Part shown: one piece after another, positions 33,911-46,800 of the stretch
How positions within the stretch are numbered: the stretch's first letter is position 1
How the letters are laid out: the number at the start of each line of letters is the position of its first letter
NCBI GenBank assembly: GCA_000388065.2
Contig: KB932206.1
DNA: 52,806 nucleotides
Source: Fonticula alba ATCC 38817
Lineage: Eukaryota > Protista > Nucleariida
Strand: one strand, 5' to 3'
Program-made: the position numbers and the translations under genes
The notes under the pieces: generated by a model
Told to the model about the DNA's origin: nothing
What the model saw: the letters and a program-made list of their open reading frames with translations, nothing else
Databases searched by the model: none

Positions 33911-33917
33911 TATAAAA
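33911..33917 (+). promoter_or_regulatory. Putative TATA box of the 34.1-kb gene
   Basis: CCTATAAAAGG followed by a long pyrimidine-rich leader before ATG 34135. Confidence 0.6.
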
Positions 33918-34134
33918 GGATGCACTGTCTCTGCCTTCACCGATGAAACAGGCCCCCCCCTTTCCCCTCTCCCTTTTCCCCTCGCTACACTCTCCACTCT
34001 CTCCCCTCACTCCAAACTCCTCACCTCCTCATACATCCCTCCTGAATATCTTTTCTGCGAGTACATCTCCTCCTCCACTCTACACCTCTGTATCTTCATA
34101 AAGTAGCGACCTTACCAAAGCCACCGCTTCTGCT

Positions 34135-35267
34135 ATGACGAATAACATGTATGTTGATCATCTACAATTGCAATGTTCTTCCCCTGGGCACCAAGACTTA
34201 CACGCTTCTACCCTTATCTCCCCGCTCTATTTCGGCTTTGCTGCCTAAAACTCGGGTACCACGCGATCCACAACTGAAACTGAAAATTGACTCATGGAAT
34301 CTGACACTCTACGCGGACAAATATGCATCACTCGTCGATCAGCCGCCCCTCCATCCCAGGTCTTCCTGTCACCAAGGGTGGTCCGCAGCAGGGACACGCC
34401 GGCGCCCCTGCCCCCCGTTCTCCGAATACCACTGCCCCTTCTTCGGTTGATCGACTTGGCCAAAAAGTCGGCCAGATGACAATCGGCAAGCGTCCTGTAC
34501 CCGAGAAGCCTGGTAATATCCTGGAGCTCATCGGGGGTCTCTTCGAAAGGTTGAAGGACATTGCATGTCTCCCGAAGGACATCTTGGTGAAAATCCGCCA
34601 GGGAAATATCGCGGAGCTCCATCAAGAGATCCAGGACCTTTACAAGGCTAAGATTGACAAGGAGCTCAATCCGGTGCTGAGCCAGGATCTTCTAGCCATT
34701 TGGCACATGATTTCCATGTACCAGGCTGTGGGTCATTTCCGAGTCGATATGGATGGATCGCATTACGTTTCGTCTCTGAATAAGCTCACTGACAGCGAGA
34801 GTAAGTTGAAGGACGATCTCATTGCGGCCGATTGGGAGGACTGGCCCGATTTCCATCGTGATCTGATGAAGCGTAGTCTGGATTTCCGAAAGACCATCGA
34901 TGAACTATCGAAAAACTTGCCGGCTGATCACACGCTCTGTGAAGCTGTTGCCAGTTCTAAGGAGTTCATCTCGAACTATCATGATCTTTTTGCTCACATC
35001 TCAGCTCTTTTGGCCGCCAGCGAGAAGCAAGCGACCGCGCCTATGCGGGATGCGGTTGAGCTTGACCATTTCAACAACCTCCCCAAACGCTTGCGCCTGG
35101 CTTTTTATCCGTTCAAGGAAAAGATTCTAGCGGATTTTCGAGTTGCCGTTCCTGAGCCAGTCGTCCCGCACGATGATTTTGGCACGCAGTTTTGCCAGGC
35201 GATGCGCAAGTTCATTACCATCACTATTTTGACCTTCTTTGTCAAATGGTCCATCAAGGAGCTTTAA
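34135..35267 (+). CDS. Orphan alpha-helical protein (~312 aa) with a C-terminal hydrophobic segment; exons 34135-34148 and 34343-35267
   Basis: ATG ACG AAT AAC AT, then GTATGT donor (34149), CTGAC (34301) and TCAG acceptor (34342), joining in frame to the 314-aa ORF (MTNNIRPSIPGLPV...). Amphipathic helical composition; ends RKFITITILTFFVKWSIKEL*. Confidence 0.75.
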
Positions 35268-35552
35268 TGCTGCTTTGCTCCCACTCACTTTCTTCTTGTA
35301 AGAATTGGTGCCTTTTGTAGTTATCTGATGTACTTTCTGCGCACGGAGTTTTTTCGCCTCTTTACCTGGGCTTTTTTCCTTCGACCTCGCGCAAGCTTTT
35401 TGAATACACATAAATCTCAAACTTCTGCTTCTTCGCGGGACTTGGTTGCATTCGGGGGATGGAGCGGCGACCAGGTTTCTCATCAACGGGGCACTTTTTT
35501 GTGTTTGTGAAGAAAGACCCCAACAGGCAGGAGTGCTTCGCAAGGATTAAGC

Positions 35553-35679
35553 GAGAGAGAGAGAGAGAGAGAGTGAGGGAGGGAGGGAGGAAGGGAGGGA
35601 GGGAGGGAGAGAGAGAGGGAGGGAGAGAGAGAGAGAGAGAGAGACAGAGAGAGAGACAGAGCGGGAGGGAGGGAGGGAG
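35553..35679. repeat. GA/GGGA purine-rich microsatellite
   Basis: Direct reading. Confidence 0.93.
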
Positions 35680-35839
35680 TGAAAGACGGAGGGAGCTCGC
35701 TATCGCTGGCTCCAGGAGAGAACGGCGCCCCTGCTCTTAATACCCCAACTGGAGCTTGACTTGTTATCTCCCCCATCGTGGCTATTTGCCCTAGTTACCC
35801 CACATCCCACCAGGGACTACATTCACGCAAGTCAGCTTC

Positions 35840-37050
35840 GTGCCAAACCGGCTGCCTGATTGTGACGCAAAAAAGCGCACTAGCAGAGAGCATGGGGTTG
35901 CCTTTGAAAGATGGAATTCAATCAATCTAGGCTCAATCAGTTACAAGGGTCCGCATGGTGTCATCGTTCAATTTGATATTCATGCACATGCGTACACACC
36001 ACGCGGCCAGATAGCTGCAGCTGCATGGCTGGATCAGTGTAAACTCGCGGTCGAATTTGATTGTGGCTATTGAAGCACTTTGCGTCAATCATGTGCTTTT
36101 TGGGGATTGATTGAGTGTCGGTGAGGCGCCAGAAGCGTTCCTTACCGGGTGTGTCGTCATTCGAGCAAAGACAGGGCAACCAAAAAAGGCGGAGGCTAGT
36201 GATCTTCATCCTATTGGAGAGTACAACTGGAGTCGAGTCATACCGCTCCAGGGGGAATAATGGACAGCAGCAGGGTAATTGGAATCTATATTCTCCGGGT
36301 AGGAAATGACTGAATTTGCAGGTGCCAAGACCTTGGAGGCAAGGCGAGAAAAGGGAGCCCTTATATAAGGGTTCACGGGGAGGAGGAAATAAACGGGTAG
36401 GTAATAGGGAGGATGAGGGCAGACGGCCCACATAGAGGTGACTCGATGTGTATGACTATCTCCGCAGGAAGGGACCACGAAAAATGGATTTCCCTGATGT
36501 TTGATTTCATGCAGAGCTGTGGTCTTCGATGGCAAAGGGGCAACAGCAAAAGAGTACAAACCAGGATGAGAGGAAATGCGTGGGGAGTTTGTGATTGGAG
36601 CGGCCCTTCGACAGATTGTTGGAAGTGACGCGATAGCCTCGGCTTGTGTGTGGGGGGCGGAGGGGGTGGGGCTGGGTGCGTGTTTCGTGTCAATTACCCT
36701 TTCGCCCGCATGCATGCCCTGGGAAGGCCCTGGACGGGGTAGGTATACTGTCTCTACGCCTTGCTTCTTTGCTCTGCTGACCCGTTATCCTGTTACCTTT
36801 GCGTGCAATGCCGCTTTGCTTTCTCTTGTTCCTCCCTCCATTTCTCTCTCTCATTTCCAACGAACGTATGTACGCTTGGAATCTCTCATTTCCTGGTCGG
36901 GGAGATCCGAGTGGTGGAACCAGGAGCTGAAGGTGCTCCGTCTTGGAGTGGATTCTTGAACAAGGACTGGCTAGAGGGGCCTGCCTGCCGTTTGGTGGCC
37001 AGTAAATGCCTGGTATCAGGCCCTTCTATGTGGGAGCACGAGGTCATCTG
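35840..37050 (+). pseudogene. Possible further WD40-like remnants
   Basis: GVIVQFDI and QIAAAAWLDQCKLAVEFDCG (within 35840-36073); GEIRVVEP, CLVSG and ALLCGSTRSSV (about 36890-37050). These are short motifs only. Confidence 0.3.
36358..36371. promoter_or_regulatory. Palindromic TATA-like element CCCTTATATAAGGG
   Basis: Perfect 14-bp palindrome, followed on the minus strand by a pyrimidine-rich stretch. Confidence 0.35.
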
Positions 37051-37337
37051 TGCCTGCTCTCTGTTTCTCTCCCACTCACTGCCCCTTCGGTTCTTCATCC
37101 CCCCCTGGTCCTCCCTGGAAACACAGGTACATCTGCGCGATGAGGGATGCCTGCCTGTCCTTGTGGGAGACGCGCCGAGTGGAGCAGGCCGGCGCCACAG
37201 GCGAGGTGCGAGAGCGGACGCGATGCTTGCGTCGCCGCCGTCGCCGGGAACCCATGTTTGGGGGGTGGGCATCATGCCGATGCACACATGCGGATCGTGA
37301 TGAAAGCTCGGCGCCTGCTCTCCTTCTCGATGTGGAT

Positions 37338-38830
37338 GTGTGCGTGCGGGTGCGGCCGCTCGTGTCTGACATGCTCCATCGTGCCCTCTCTCGCGGCATG
37401 GGCAGCCGTCCGGGCGGCCGGGGGCTTCTGCCTCCTTACCGCACGAGGACGTGCCTGCGAGGGCCCCCCTCGTGCTTGGTGACCATCCCCCCGGGTGCTT
37501 CATTCCGCCTCGGTGATTCCGTCCTGTGGTCAGGAGCCAGCCATCCGCCCTGGGTCCCTGGCGGGGTTGAGGGTGATCTGTGGTTTCGGGACTTCCTGGC
37601 CCCGGGAGGCGGTGGACAGATGGCCGACCCCCCATTCGTGGACACAGCCAGGTCCACCTGGGCTTCGTGAGGGGTTTTTTTTGTCAGGCCACACCGCTCC
37701 AGGCCGCTTGCCGGGAGAAGGGAAGAAGCTGCTGCGAGTGGTTGGCCGTTCGATGTTCCCCCGCGCGGTGTTGCGGGACCTTCGCTGCCTGGGGGGATGA
37801 TGGTGGGCCCAATGACGAGTATGGAGGCTGCATTCAGGATCACGGCTACCGAGCCGACCGGACAGGCAAACATGACGCGGTGGATATCACTGCGCACCGG
37901 GGCACGCTCGAGAGAAGGCCCCCCCTCCTTTTTGTTAGGCCGTGGCGCTGGCTCATGAGGCTGGTAGCAGGGGGTGGCAGATTGCGCCCCTCTGTGAGGC
38001 TTTCTTGTGCCGTGGTCAGATGCGAGATCGAGCGGTTGTGGCCGCGTCTCCCCCCCCCCCTGGTGCTCCTCCTCCGGGCCTGGCCCTCAGTATTGTCAAC
38101 GGGCGTGGGGGGGGGGGGGGGGTATGCGCTTTCGCCACTGGGACCCTGCAGACAGGTGTGCCTGTGGAAGGAGAGGTGGCCCACGGGTCGTGTGTCTGCC
38201 GGCCGGGCGTGGGATGATGCCTGCGTCGGGTCATGGATCTGAAATATCGAATTGAATCCGGCGTGCTGGGTATCGCACTGGCGCGGGAGAGGAGGATGGA
38301 GGGGGACGGGAACCAGTGCGCCCAGCGGTGCGCCGGGGCCAACCGCGAGCCGGGGCTTCGTGGTGCACCCTTTCTGCGTGGGTAGAGATGCCTGCGCGCG
38401 CCGGGGAGAAGGCGTCTCCGTGTGCCTCTTCGCCGGATGAACAGGCGCATCATGTGGCCCGTTCGCCTGGACAGCGACCGGCCATTTGCCCCCCGCTTTC
38501 GCTGATCCCTGGCAGAGGGGAAGCGTGCGGCGGCGGTGGCCTGGGGCGCTGCCCGCTGCTCTCGTGCCTGCCTAAGGCCCCTCGTCGAGCGAGCGTGCGC
38601 GCCGTGCCCAGGGAGCAGGCGCGGTTCGCCGAGAGCAGGGCCGACGCGCGTCGCCCGGTGTCCCGCGTGCACAGAAACCCTCTCATCCCAGGGAGACATA
38701 TGTGGGCGTGTGCCTGCGAATACACTCAGGAGGAGGCGCATGGCCAAGTGCCGCCATCCGGCCGCGCGCAGTATGTACTTCCTTCGATGCATGGGTGTGG
38801 GGCCATCCCCCATGGTTTGGGTGCTGCGAG
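37338..38830 (+). pseudogene. Heavily decayed kinesin motor-domain-like sequence
   Basis: Motifs in canonical order: VCVRVRPL (37338), FRLGDSVLWSGAS (37503), YGGCI..HG...TGK (37820-37870), GTLERxxxLLF (37901), SVRLSC...EI (37991), LSLI-(frameshift)-LAEGKR (38496-38526, cf. LSLIDLAGSER), TLSSQGDI (38677), KCRHP (38746). Each motif is degenerate. Confidence 0.4.
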
Positions 38831-40521
38831 GCGCTGGCTGTGGAGTCGACCAACCTGGCAGTGATCCGTGGGCGGCGCGCGTGGCAGACACCATTGGGGG
38901 GGGGCCGTGCCACATGGCGAGGGATGTGCTCCGAGGGTGACCGGCCAGCAAGCACGGGAGGCGCCTCGCAGATCTTGCCCCTGGGACGTGGCGCTGTCGG
39001 TTTGGGTCATGGTCAACTGAGCACTGGCCGGGCCCAGGAGCGGCTGCCGCTGCCCGGGCTGGCGTCGGCTCTAGCCCATAGGTGCGTGGGGTGGCGGTGT
39101 CCATGGAGAGGGAATGCCGATTGGCATCGGACATTTGCCTGTGTGTGTGTGTGTGTGCATGTCTCACCGTGGTCCATAGTGGGGCACAGGGGCGTGCATG
39201 GGAGGCCGCGGTGTCAGGAGGCGGCCGACTCGTGGGCAATCTTCCGGGAGGGCGATGTGGGGGTCCGTCCGGGCGCGGGTATGGTTGCGGCCCAGACAGC
39301 GGGTGACTTGGGCGCCGAGGCGGCTCTGGTTTGGTGGTGCATGGGGCGCCCGGTGCGGGGCCGCCGACGCGATGTGGTCCCTCGCTGTGTGAGCACACAA
39401 AGCGCCTCATTGCGCGGTGGCCGTGTGTGGCGTGACCGGGGCGCGCCATGCTCTGCCTGGTGGCGGTGCTCGAGTGGAGCCGAGGGAGCAGACACCCGGC
39501 CCGGGGGCTGCCCGGATCCCAGAGCGCGACATCGGACCTCCGACCGAGGGCTGGGTTCGGATGTGAGGGCCCAGCTCGGGCCGGGTGCATGGACGCGGTA
39601 CCGAGCCCGGACCCCGGCGCTGGGCACCCTGTGTGACGACGGCGTCGGTATGCCTTAATGGCCTTGATGACCCCACAGGAGCCGCCATGCCCGGGGATCC
39701 AGCCGGGGTGCGGGCCGGCGCATGCTCGCTTGGCCATGCAAGGGATCTTGCGTGGCGGGGGCCGGCCGCCGAGCAACCGGCAGATGTCGCGGATGTGGGG
39801 CCCGGGCGAGGGGCTCGAGACCCCCGACGGCTCTGAAGACATGGGCACATGTGCGCGCGTGTGTCGGTGGGCATCGCTCGATTGCCGGTTTCCCGGCCAC
39901 GGTGGAGCGGAAGTGGTGCGCGAGGGTACCTGCATGCGGGTGCCGTGTTATTGCGTGCTCGACTCGCGAGGGTGTTGCTGTGGTGTCACGGGCGGGCGCC
40001 TGGGGGTTGGCTGCCGGCCGGCCGGTCTGCCTCTCACGCAGCGAGAGGTGCTGCCGGGGCCGTGGGCCAGCCAGGTACGCAGGTGCCGTTGGCCGTGGGC
40101 GCTCGATTCGGGTGGATGAAGCGCACCTTGAACGGCTCCCCCGGCCGGAGGTGTGGGCCATGTGGCGAGGCGGTGGGTGTTTCATCGGGACGCGGTGACA
40201 AGCTCGCCGGGGTCCCCGCTGACGGGATGGCACAGGCCCGTCGGTGCTATGGCCGCGTCAGGGCGTGCCAATGAGATCGTGTGTCGCCAGGCCGGGATAC
40301 CTGACAGTGCTATGGACGAAGGAACGGCTGGCGTGACCCGGCGGGCTGGCCGAGCAGGCGGGCAAGCACCCGGCGGATCGGGTGCCGGGACGAGTGTCGC
40401 GCGATCTGTTGCAAGGCATGCACCGCCCGATGGGCGGTGCGGGGGTGGGGGTGCCGCCGAGCGCAGCCCGCGCTCCCTGGGCCGCCCTGGCGGAGAGCCT
40501 GGTCGCCGGGCCAGCCATGGC

Positions 40522-40525
<4 letters not shown>

Positions 40526-40559
<34 letters not shown>

Positions 40560-40569
40560 NNNNNNNNNN

Positions 40570-40648
<79 letters not shown>
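40526..40648. repeat. Poly-G tract interrupted by a 10-N gap
   Basis: Direct reading; true length unknown. Confidence 0.85.
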
Positions 40649-40650
<2 letters not shown>

Positions 40651-43600
40651 TTGCGGGTGGCGCATGCCGGGTGGCAGGGTGGGCACTCGGCACACGGGCT
40701 GCCAAGGGCAGCGATGCTGGCGCCGCAGAAGACATCGGGCCACTGGCACGATGCGGTTTGGGCCCCGGGCGCGGAGGTGCATGCGGCACAGTCGCGCGGA
40801 CAGGGCACGCGCGGCGCGGCCCGGCCATCCGCGGGGGGGACGCCGAGCGAAGGTGGCCCTCGACACATGCTTGGCATAGGTTGGGTGCATCGGCTCGCCG
40901 GGTATGTGGGGCGATGTAGGCAGCCCACCGGGCTAGGGCTAGCATGCTTGCTCCGGGCAGGGGAGCAGGCGCGCAGGGCGGTGATGTGTGGATCGCGGGC
41001 GACGCCGAGACCGGGCCCTCTTGGCAGGCACAAGACGGGCGCAGGTTGCCGCAGGCAGGGCGCGATCCGGAGCAGGGGGCGCATAGTTGGCCGGCCGGGA
41101 GATGCTGGGGCCGGTCACCGTCGAAGAGCGAGGCGCATGGCTCACCAGCAGCCGGCCGAGCGGGGCACCAGCGTGTGCCAATGCCACCGCAGGTGCCGGT
41201 GGGCGATGATGCCATCGCAGGAGGCCCGACCGGGGGAAAGGGCGCCTGGCGCGGGCGGCGCACTTGGCGGCACAAGTGCACGTTTGGCGGGCCGATGGGC
41301 AAGAAGCACAAGCGACAGCCTCTCTCCGGCTGAAGATGCCATCTGGGCGGTCGAGCAGGCGGATAGTCTCCGGGTGCTTCCTGTGGTACCGGTGCAGGTG
41401 GAACACATGTGCGGCCGGCCGGAGCACACTCCGTCGGGGGGATCCGGGCGAATGCGCCAGCCGGGCGGACGCCAATGCCGCTGGCGCCGGTCCGGAAGGA
41501 GATGCGTCTGCACCGGGCGGCTGGTGTCACCGTTGCTGTCGGAGATTGTGAGGCAGCCCGTGCGAGCAGCAGGGGGCACCCTTTGCAGGAGGTGCATGTG
41601 GCAGCAGCGATGACACCAGCGGCCCGGGCGGGAGGTGCCCGTGGGACGGCCTCGGCGGCCTGCCGGAGTGCAAGGGCAGCCAGGCGGCATGGCGGTCGTT
41701 GCATATGCGGTGCTGTATCGGGCGCGGAGGGCGAAACGCGAGCCGCAGAGGTACCGGTGGCCGGACCGGGAGCAGTGTCTTTCGGGCATGCTGCGAGGCA
41801 AGATCCCTAGGGGTGGTGGTGCCTCTCGTGACAGGAGGTGCAGTGGTTGGGGTCGGCGCGTGCGGAGCATGGGCCAGGGCACGCACGGAGCCAATGTGCT
41901 TGGTGGCGCTGGGGAGGGTGCCCCGAGGGCAGCGACCGTGGCAGGCCCGGTCATAGAGGAGAAGCCTGGTGGTCCAGCTGGAGGGTGTATCGGCGCCGGT
42001 GCAACGGCCGCGGCCAGACGCGCAGGGGGGGGGTATGCGCCGTTGCGTGGAGAAAGTGCCCAGCGCGGCTGGCAGCCTGTGTAAAGACGCCCCAGACGCC
42101 GCGAAGACAGCGGGCGGAACGGGCGATCCACGCGCGCTTGCTCCCTGGAGAGCCTGGGCGGGAGAACATGCAGTCACGGCTGGATGTGCGGCGGCCACCG
42201 GCACAGGTGGCCCCGTCGACCGCATGGGGTGCACGCCTCGCGGTCCGGGCGACAGGCGTGGCAAGTGTGGCCATGCCCTTCAGAAGCACCAGACGCACAC
42301 TCGAGAGGCGATCCCGGCCTGTGTGGCGAGCACATGGCACTGGGGAGGGGCCGGTCGGGCCGAGGAAAGTGCCTGGGGCCCATGGGCTGGAGCATTGGCC
42401 AGCATCATGACCGGGGGAGGGCGCCTCGACATTGCGGGGATGCGCTGCCCTGGCAGGAGATGCAGGGGCGCAAGGGCATTCCGGGGCGGTCGAAATGCCC
42501 GAGGAGGGGGCCGTGTCGGGGGACAGAGCGGGCACACGATGCCCGACGGACGCGGCAGCCAGCCCCGGTCAAGAGCCGAGCAGGGGGTGCATGGTCGGGC
42601 GCGTGGAGGAGGGCAGGCCGGCATGGCCGGAGGCGGGGAATGGGCAGCCCAGTCGATGCGTGGGCAGATGCACTTGATGACCCGACGCCCTTTGCATTGC
42701 GCTTTCTTCCGGAGGGGCGGGGGCTGTCCACCGAAAATAGGGCGATTAAAAATAGGGGCCCAGCAAAAATATGGTGTACGTGTGTGTGCTCTTCGCTTTT
42801 TAGGGACTCGGATCCACATAATAACCAGGGCCGGCCCCCCAGGCCCACTTCGTGCACTTTCTCCTCCCCCCCCAGGTTCTTGCGATGCCCGCCTTTTTTT
42901 TTTCATCTGCCTTCCTCTCCCTAGCTCCCCCACATGTGTCTCTCCTTGAGCTACTGGGTCCCTGGCCTGCTGGGCGGACAGCGTTCCTGCGAGGGGTCAG
43001 CGTTTTGCGCCGGGTCCTCGAGTGCGGCTTGCGTGTGGGGGGCCCCCCTTGGCGCTGTCCTCCCCCCTTGCTTGTGCTGGTCCTCTTGGCATGCTCCTGC
43101 GCGCGGGCAGGTGGCTCGCTTGCGTGCGGCAGTGCGTGGACTTGCCGGCGAGGGTGCTCCTCCCCGGGCAGCTTCCGCGCTTGCCCGTGCCACCGTCCGG
43201 CGTCCTGTGCGCGGCTCGCGTGTATCCCCTCTCAGGGTGGGCATTGTGTGCCTGCGCGGGGGGAGCCTTTTGACGCATTCTCCGGGCGAAGCGCGCCGGC
43301 CCTGCTTTTTTGCTCCTGTTGATGGCTTTGGGTGTGGGATCGCGCGCTTGCCTGGAGCAGCCGCTCGTCAGTGGACCTCCGCCGGGGGCTTCTTTGTGCG
43401 GTTGCTCGCGCCTTTGTCGAGGACATGCGAATGTAGCGGCCTCTTGGCCAACCCACGGCAGGGTAGCAGTGGCCGTTGCCTCGCGGCGGGAGGGACGGGC
43501 CGCATTTCCCTCGGGCCCTCTCTGCCCATGTGCGCCATTGCCGTTGTGTCGCACAAGAGGGGGGGGGGCCCGGTCGGCCAAAGCATGCCCGACGGAGACC

Positions 43601-45685
43601 CTGCCCATGGTCGACCGACCATCCAGGTTGAGATCGACGGGGAGGTGCTCGCTCGATCTGCACACCAGGAAGGCCAAGAGGGCAGAATAGCCCAGCCCAA
43701 AGAGTATCGTCAGCTGCGCGTGCAGCTCCGGCCCGAGGGGCCCAGATCGCCGGAAGACCACCGCCAGGAGAGTGCCGCATTTGAAGGCGCAAGGCGGGTG
43801 TGCTCGCGTCGGCGTCCTGAATGCCGACGTGCCGCCGCCCACCTGGTGCCTGATGCCCCGGGGGCAGTGTCAAGGCACGAGATGCAGGGCGTGGAACTGC
43901 CCCGGTCGCTGGGCACAGTGAAAAAACCGAGCGTCACATATGGCACCCTCCTCCGCCGGGATGGCAACCAGCATGAACGGGCAAGGGCATGGGCCCACCC
44001 TGGCGCGACATGTCGCGCCAGGGTGTTGTGGCATCCAGCCGATGCGCTCCGGCTCCTGCGCGCGTTGAAATCTCGCCCGCCGAGAGGTGTAACGGGGGCG
44101 GGGCCAATGCGGGACCTGGCACCCGGTCGCCGCCGGGGGCGTGATGCGATGGGTTGTTCGGTTGTCTCGTCGAAGGGGGGGCCCTGGCCCTACGGTAGGC
44201 CGGCCCAGCGGGGCCGGCCAGGAAGGTCACGGCCACTCGTCCTTGACGATGTCCGGGCTGCAGGGGCGTCGCTGCCTGATGGTTGCATTACCCTATGTTC
44301 GCGATTCCCTCTTGGCGCACCTCCTCCTGGCATCGTCGACAGTAAGTATGGGGGCCGCGAGAGGGCCTGTGCACGGGGCAGGCTCGATGCGTTGCTCGGT
44401 GTAAAGACACTCGGGCGCGGAATTGGGCGTTTGACCTACAGGGACGGGGCAGCCGCCGGCTGGGGCGATCCTCGACTCGTCGGGCAGCTTCTCGGCCTAC
44501 GTGCTCGCCGTGCGCTATGGCTGGCTCCCGACAGCCATGCCCGCTGCCGAAGTTGGGGCCTCTTGGAAATCGTTGCTTCTGCTTGTTCATTCGCAAAAGT
44601 GCTGCACAAGCGCCGGGGCCAACTCCATGCCTGCATCGAGTTCCTGGTGTTCCGGAACATGGCAAGCGAGAGGAGGAGACAGACGAGCACCCGGCCAGGC
44701 CATGCGGAGGGTGGCAGGAGGATGCGCGCACGCGCGCAGCCCGGGGAGGGAAGGGTTGTTGGGTGGAATGTCGAATTTGGGCGGCGTCGGACTCGGCTCA
44801 GATGGAGGGAGGATAAAACCCCGAAACACCCATCACTAGGCCGCACTCGAGAAACGCAGTCCGAGGGCCGTGTGAGGACGAAAGCATCGGGCATCGCGAC
44901 GCGGTGTGCCACCTCCCCCCCAGGCGAGGACATCCACCAGGGGCCCGCGTGTGGTCCGCGGCGCTGCAGGGGCAAATGCCACACCTCGCCCTGGCGTCAG
45001 GCTGTGGTGATGTGGGGCGTTGGTGCCCGGGGACCGATGGTTTTCGTTGTCTCGCACCTGTCGGCGGCCCTGTGCCGGCCGGTGGTCTTCGGTGTCTGGT
45101 TTCCGGCACCGCGATGGAGCATGCGCCGCTGGGAGTGCGCGTCGTGCAAGGGGCCGCGGCTGTCAATCCGCCAGGCTGTCTGCCATCATACAGGCGGCGA
45201 TCTGGCAGCCGGATCCCTGCGTGGATCCGACGGGGCTCTTTCTCGTGAACTCGAGAAAAGGCACGCCAACGGGGAGGTGCCCCGGAGCTGGGGTGGGCCA
45301 TGCACGCGGCCATCGGTCGCACATGGCGAGGTCTATGGGTTCGGCGCGCCGGGGGTCCCTCGCTGACCGAGCTGCCCCGAGTCGGCCCGTGGTCAGCCGG
45401 CGGGCAGCCTGGCCTGGGGCATTTCTTGGCCCCCAGCATGGGTATCCTCATTTACGAACTTTACGCTTGGATCTGCTTGCTCAGGGACTTACTCGATTCG
45501 GCAAGCCTTTGCCCCTGCTTATGTCGCTGTTGTCGCCGGCATTGCTGACACAGCCTGCCGGGATGTCCTGGCGGTGGAATTTCCTCCCTCCCAACTGAGG
45601 CCCCAGCAGATCTAGGACACTGCTTGTGGGCATGTGAATGGGTCGCGCAGGATCCCGGTCGCCATTCCCCTGGAGAGCGGGAAAA

Positions 45686-46800
45686 TGGATCGCTTTCCAC
45701 CCTGCTAAAAGGACCCTTGCATCGGTGCCCGCATATGTGGTGGTCGCCCCATCCGGAATGGGGCCCTTCGTCGGACAGACAGCTGATGGGCACAATGCCA
45801 CCCCTACGAATGAGACTGCCCTGATGGGTCACAGGCATGGCCGATTGCGGAGGCACAAGACACCCATTGGCTTAATTTATACATGCGAGGAGGGTGGAGC
45901 TCCAAGCGGACTCGGACGCCTCCTTGTTGGCGCCTGTCGCCCTCCATCCCCCCACTCTTGGCGCATAGGGCCCCATGAGGCCACGGTTTGCCGAGCGAGA
46001 GGCTCGCATCTCCTCGGACACGAGGCAGTCAGGTGGCGTCACACCACCTCCCATGACTGCCGCGTTCTTCCTCGAGCTGCGGGTCTCGGCGTAGTGTCGG
46101 AATGTTTGCAACCCCGGCGAGTCGATCTTGCCCGCCGGGGCTGTTCGCCTGCGAGGGGGTTGCAGAGGCGAGTAAGCGAGCGCGGTCCGGTTCTGTAACG
46201 ACCGTGTGCTGTTGGGATGTTTGCTTTTTCGATGATCATCAAGCCCTGAGCAAGGGAATGTCAAGGGCCAGCTGTGAGAGCCTTGCTCGTCCGAAAACTA
46301 GTCGAGCGCTGCGATGCCAGTCGTACGCTTCGGCTCTTGGCTCGGCGAAAGAGATGGGGAGGTTTGATTTTGGCGCTTGGCGACCCTGCGATTTTCAAGG
46401 GATGTGCGTGGTACTGCGTGCCCAGCATTGGTACTCCCGGGTCAGTGTCTTTTATTTGGCCGATTGCCCGGAACATGGGCCCTGTCTCACGGCCGCCGAG
46501 CAACGCCCGACTGTCGAGACCAGCGGATGCCGTCGTCTGGCACAGGCGCGATTGCTTGCAACTGGCCGTCCCGCGAGGAGGAAGGCGCCTGTGGGGGGGG
46601 ATCTTTGGCTGTCTTGCATTCATTTAAAGATGTATTTGGCTGCCTTTGCTCTTGCCCTCTTCTTGAGCATCCTGGGAGGGTAGACGCCCAGTTGGTCAAA
46701 AATGTCCTCGTGCCCCTGACGATGTGTCAAGAGAATGCGCGTCTTCGTCGAGGCTCCATCAGCCCTCGCTCTTGGCCCGGGGACCGGGATCGAGTACTGG
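45686..46800 (+). pseudogene. Second WD40-like remnant
   Basis: WIAFHPAKRTLAS (45686-45724), ALMGH, SGSVTTVCCWDV (46186-46221), H...VFYLADCPEHGPCLTA and RLLATG in collinear plus-strand order with frame changes. Confidence 0.5.

Noticed and set aside
39630-39660. CDDGVGMP resembling a GHKL ATPase (histidine kinase, MORC, MutL) G1 box
   Set aside because: A single short motif followed at once by a stop, with no convincing N box or G2 box.
43500-43850. Minus-strand LAVVFRR...LPVDLNLD as an endonuclease/exonuclease/phosphatase fragment
   Set aside because: Lacks the invariant GD and SDH residues; indistinguishable from chance.
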